This document shows positions 40,190 through 42,521 of a DNA stretch of 42,521 nt, one piece after another. The DNA lies in IMG/VR virus record IMGVR_UViG_2706794696_000015; one strand, 5' to 3'. Origin of the DNA: a virus. Lineage: Duplodnaviria; Heunggongvirae; Uroviricota; Caudoviricetes. Positions within the stretch are counted from its first letter, which is position 1; the number at the start of each line of letters is the position of its first letter. Position numbers and translations under genes: made by a program. The notes below the pieces were generated by a model. That model made no database searches. It saw nothing but the letters and a program-made list of their open reading frames with translations, and was not told the DNA's origin.

Positions 40190-41560
40190 CTATGATATCC
40201 CTGAAATGTCCTCTTCAAGCTCTTTTACTGATTTCGCAATTTTAAATTTAAATTTTCTCTCTATTTCACTATTGCTAAGTTTTTTTTCATTCTCTTTCCC
40301 TATCCACATAGAAACAATTTCTCGTTTCTGAGATATATGTAGATTGTCAAAGTTAGGTATGTATTTAAAAGTCTCCGCTCTACCCCTGCGGAGTTCATAG
40401 AAAGTTTTAATCAAAGACTTTGGTTTTATTTCTGATGAAAGGCCGAATCGGCGGATAAGATTATTGATCGTATGATTAACAGCTCGAAGTTGAGCTGTTG
40501 ACGTTATTTGTGAGAAGTACGATACCCATCCCAATCGTTTACCTTCAAACACACATCCCGTAATTCTAAGATTTAGTTTCCACTGACAATATGCAACAGC
40601 TCGTTCTTTATCGCGCTTATTTTTAGCTTGTAGTAGAGCGTGTCTATATGCAGTAAAAATTTTTGCTAAGGATGACTCAAATCTAAGAATGCTCTCATGT
40701 TTTATCAATAATTCTCGATTTTTTATGTGGTAGCCCAAAAAGTTGAAACTTTCATCCAAGCTGCCTACTTTGGATTTTGAGTTCTCTTCATTTAATGGAT
40801 GTGGGTTTAAATTTAATGATTGAAGCTTATCAATGATATGAGAAGCTATTTTTGTTGCTTGATATTTTGGTGTTAAAATAAGAATGTCATCAACGTATCG
40901 CATGTACCATATGTCATGCATTTTATTGATTTCATCATCGAAATTAGATAGTGATATTTCAGCTAAAATGTTTGATATCGCTAATCCCTGAGGTACTCCT
41001 CTGGTATTATTAGGGATACCTTTGCTTCCTGTGGTTCCACTTACAGTAGGCACGATTAATGATGATGTTATTAACTGTCTAATTTCTTTTTTTCTAATTT
41101 TATTTTTTATTGCATTAATTATCAATTTATGTTCAATTGAAGGATAGAAACTTTTAAGATCTATTTTTGCATATTCAGCATATAGACTGTTGTTTAATGC
41201 TTCTTTCAATGAGTCAATTACTGTATGTGGTAGTTTTAATCTGGACTTAGGATATATTTCCGTAAGGCATTCACAGAGAGCTCTAAGAGTAATTCTGTCC
41301 CTAGCAGTTGGTATGGAAATCTGTCTGGGTGTAGAGTTAGCGCCTTTAGATATTAATTTTTCTTTATATGCTGTAAATTTGTAATTGCCAGAATTAACCT
41401 TTTCAAAAATGAAAGTGATCTCATTTTTTATTGTCAAATCAAGTTTTGATGGGCGAATCCGATCTATGCCAATCGCTCCTGATTCTTTGATTTTTTCAGA
41501 GTATACTTTTAGAAGATTTTTTTTCGAGAATGACTTTTTAAAAATTCTGCTTGCAGTCAT
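40190..41560 (-). CDS. Reverse transcriptase (retron / UG-Abi / DRT-like), with ~200 aa C-terminal extension
   Basis: RT motifs: catalytic Asp in KIDLKSFYPSI, RGVPQGLAISNILAEISL, YVDDILIL, FLGY; AT-rich gene; ATG 41560 (TTG 41566 alternative) overlaps upstream gene. Confidence 0.8.
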   Translation of the reverse strand: MTASRIFKKSFSKKNLLKVYSEKIKESGAIGIDRIRPSKLDLTIKNEITFIFEKVNSGNYKFTAYKEKLISKGANSTPRQISIPTARDRITLRALCECLTEIYPKSRLKLPHTVIDSLKEALNNSLYAEYAKIDLKSFYPSIEHKLIINAIKNKIRKKEIRQLITSSLIVPTVSGTTGSKGIPNNTRGVPQGLAISNILAEISLSNFDDEINKMHDIWYMRYVDDILILTPKYQATKIASHIIDKLQSLNLNPHPLNEENSKSKVGSLDESFNFLGYHIKNRELLIKHESILRFESSLAKIFTAYRHALLQAKNKRDKERAVAYCQWKLNLRITGCVFEGKRLGWVSYFSQITSTAQLRAVNHTINNLIRRFGLSSEIKPKSLIKTFYELRRGRAETFKYIPNFDNLHISQKREIVSMWIGKENEKKLSNSEIERKFKFKIAKSVKELEEDISGIS

Positions 41561-42089
41561 AGTCAATCCAAAGATATATTAATGGGAGTATATAAAGTGC
41601 GGCAGTAATAAATATTCGAAGTAATATCCATAAAATAACAATTATTTTTTCTTTTTGTGTGGGGATCCTCGTCTTAAGTCCAACTTGAGTTACCCTTGAA
41701 ATTTTATCATCTATGTCACGGTGATTCTCAACCTCATTGAGCAAATTAAAATATTTTTCTTTCTGTTCAAGAGATAACTGTTGACTGGTGGTAATGTCAA
41801 AATAGAGTCGCTGTAGTGCAATATAATTCCTTCTCATGGCTATTGCTCGACCACGAAAATCTAGGTTAGATACGATCAGAGAAATACCCAGTAGAGCCAC
41901 TGAAAGTATCGCCGCAACGACATCTGTATTATCTCCTAGAACCTTTGGAAATCGCAACGTTACAATTGAAAGTACCGCACTCAATATAGCATACCAAACG
42001 AGGATAAATTGAGAGTGTTTTTCAAGCCATTCTAGTCGATGGTGCGCTTGGATACGTGCTTTATATGTAAACCAAATATTGTCATGCAT
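41538..42089 (-). CDS. Small multi-pass membrane protein coupled to the RT (candidate effector)
   Basis: 183 aa; hydrophobic segments FILVWYAILSAVLSIVTL, VVAAILSVALLGISLIVSNL and IIVILWILLRIFITAALYILPLIYLWI; AAGGA RBS; 3' end overlaps the RT start by 23 nt. Confidence 0.6.
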   Translation of the reverse strand: MHDNIWFTYKARIQAHHRLEWLEKHSQFILVWYAILSAVLSIVTLRFPKVLGDNTDVVAAILSVALLGISLIVSNLDFRGRAIAMRRNYIALQRLYFDITTSQQLSLEQKEKYFNLLNEVENHRDIDDKISRVTQVGLKTRIPTQKEKIIVILWILLRIFITAALYILPLIYLWIDYDCKQNF

Positions 42090-42099
42090 AAAAGATCCT

Positions 42100-42245
42100 T
42101 TTTAAAAGCGGAAGGGGCAGGATATATTGGAACCGTTGAACATCCTGCCCGGCAGGATCAGTGAGCATAAGCTCAACAGTAAAATATTACTGTTCATTAT
42201 CAGAGCCGCCCTTGCATGCGCAAGAGGAAAAACCTGCCCCATCCC
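42100..42245 (-). ncRNA. Structured 5' leader or candidate ncRNA of the membrane-protein/RT operon
   Basis: ~145 nt between predicted start site and RBS, bracketed by GGGGCAGG / CCTGCCCC inverted repeats, with several internal hairpins and a 17 bp palindrome. Confidence 0.3.
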
Positions 42246-42250
42246 TTTGA

Positions 42251-42280
42251 ATTATTACAATTTAATGATCTTAAAGTCAA
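42251..42280 (-). promoter_or_regulatory. Sigma70-like promoter for the membrane-protein/RT operon
   Basis: Minus strand reads TTGACT - 17 nt - TAATAAT. Confidence 0.45.
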
Positions 42281-42311
42281 TACAAGTGAATGGTGTCCAG
42301 AGATGATGAAC

Positions 42312-42521
42312 TTAATGAACAAACCACTCGTCAGCAGACTCCCAGGTATCTTTCAGAGTCTCCTGAACAAAAGTTTTAGCTGAATCTTTATCAGCGGTGC
42401 GCGTAACAGAAAGGCCATCGTTGCTGGTGGCTTTTACGATCACTTCTACATCGTCATAACGTTTACTGATGCGTCGGGTTAATTCTTCCTTTAACGCATC
42501 CACAGCACCGGTTGGCATTTT
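42312..42521 (-). CDS. DinI-like protein, N-terminus beyond the window
   Basis: C-terminal ...[14 protein letters not shown]...[16 protein letters not shown] resembles DinI (…ETWESADDWF…). Confidence 0.7.
   Translation of the reverse strand, partial: KMPTGAVDALKEELTRRISKRYDDVEVIVKATSNDGLSVTRTADKDSAKTFVQETLKDTWESADEWFVH

Noticed and set aside
42174-42206. Possible LexA (SOS) box upstream of the RT operon
   Set aside because: ACAGTA-N6-TACTGT is an inverted repeat in the wrong orientation for a LexA box, and the nearest CTGT-N8-ACAG candidate (CTGTTCATTATCAGAG) has a mismatch in the conserved half-site.

Overview
This 42.5 kb window is essentially one lambdoid (lambda-like) prophage, read left to right from the early/immunity region to the tail fibres; neither prophage end (integrase, att) is in the window. 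All calls are from reading the sequence and the supplied ORF translations; no database search was run, so family names are recognition-based. Order on the + strand: a Panacea-domain protein with a coupled partner ORF, AT-rich accessory genes, YfdQ/YfdP-like genes (- strand), a CI-like repressor (-) divergent from Cro, CII-like, O-like replication protein with internal iteron-like repeats, PerC-like, a Dam-like methyltransferase, a LexA DNA-binding-domain-only protein, RusA, KilA antirepressor, DUF968, Q antiterminator with a PR'-like promoter and terminator, a lipoprotein moron, a second methyltransferase, lysis cassette (holin, SAR endolysin, Rz/Rz1), terminase small and large subunits, W-like, portal, a protease-scaffold-capsid fusion, tail genes Z-U-V-G-T-H-M-L-K-I-J, lom, stf and tfa (L, K, I, lom, stf termini and tfa are near-identical to phage lambda). 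The most interesting locus is after tfa: an AT-rich two-gene cassette on the - strand encoding a small multi-pass membrane protein translationally coupled to a 458-aa reverse transcriptase, preceded by a near-consensus promoter and a ~145-nt leader bracketed by inverted repeats. This looks like a retron/DRT/Abi-type anti-phage module whose subtype I cannot assign; novelty cannot be judged without a search. A DinI-like gene runs off the right edge. Other accessory candidates are the Panacea pair, an AT-rich membrane-anchored protein, a lipoprotein flanked by duplicated terminators, two orphan methyltransferases and a ~650 bp ORF-poor region next to cI. Three runs of N (assembly gaps) interrupt the holin region and the J gene. 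No CRISPR array, rRNA or tRNA was recognised.
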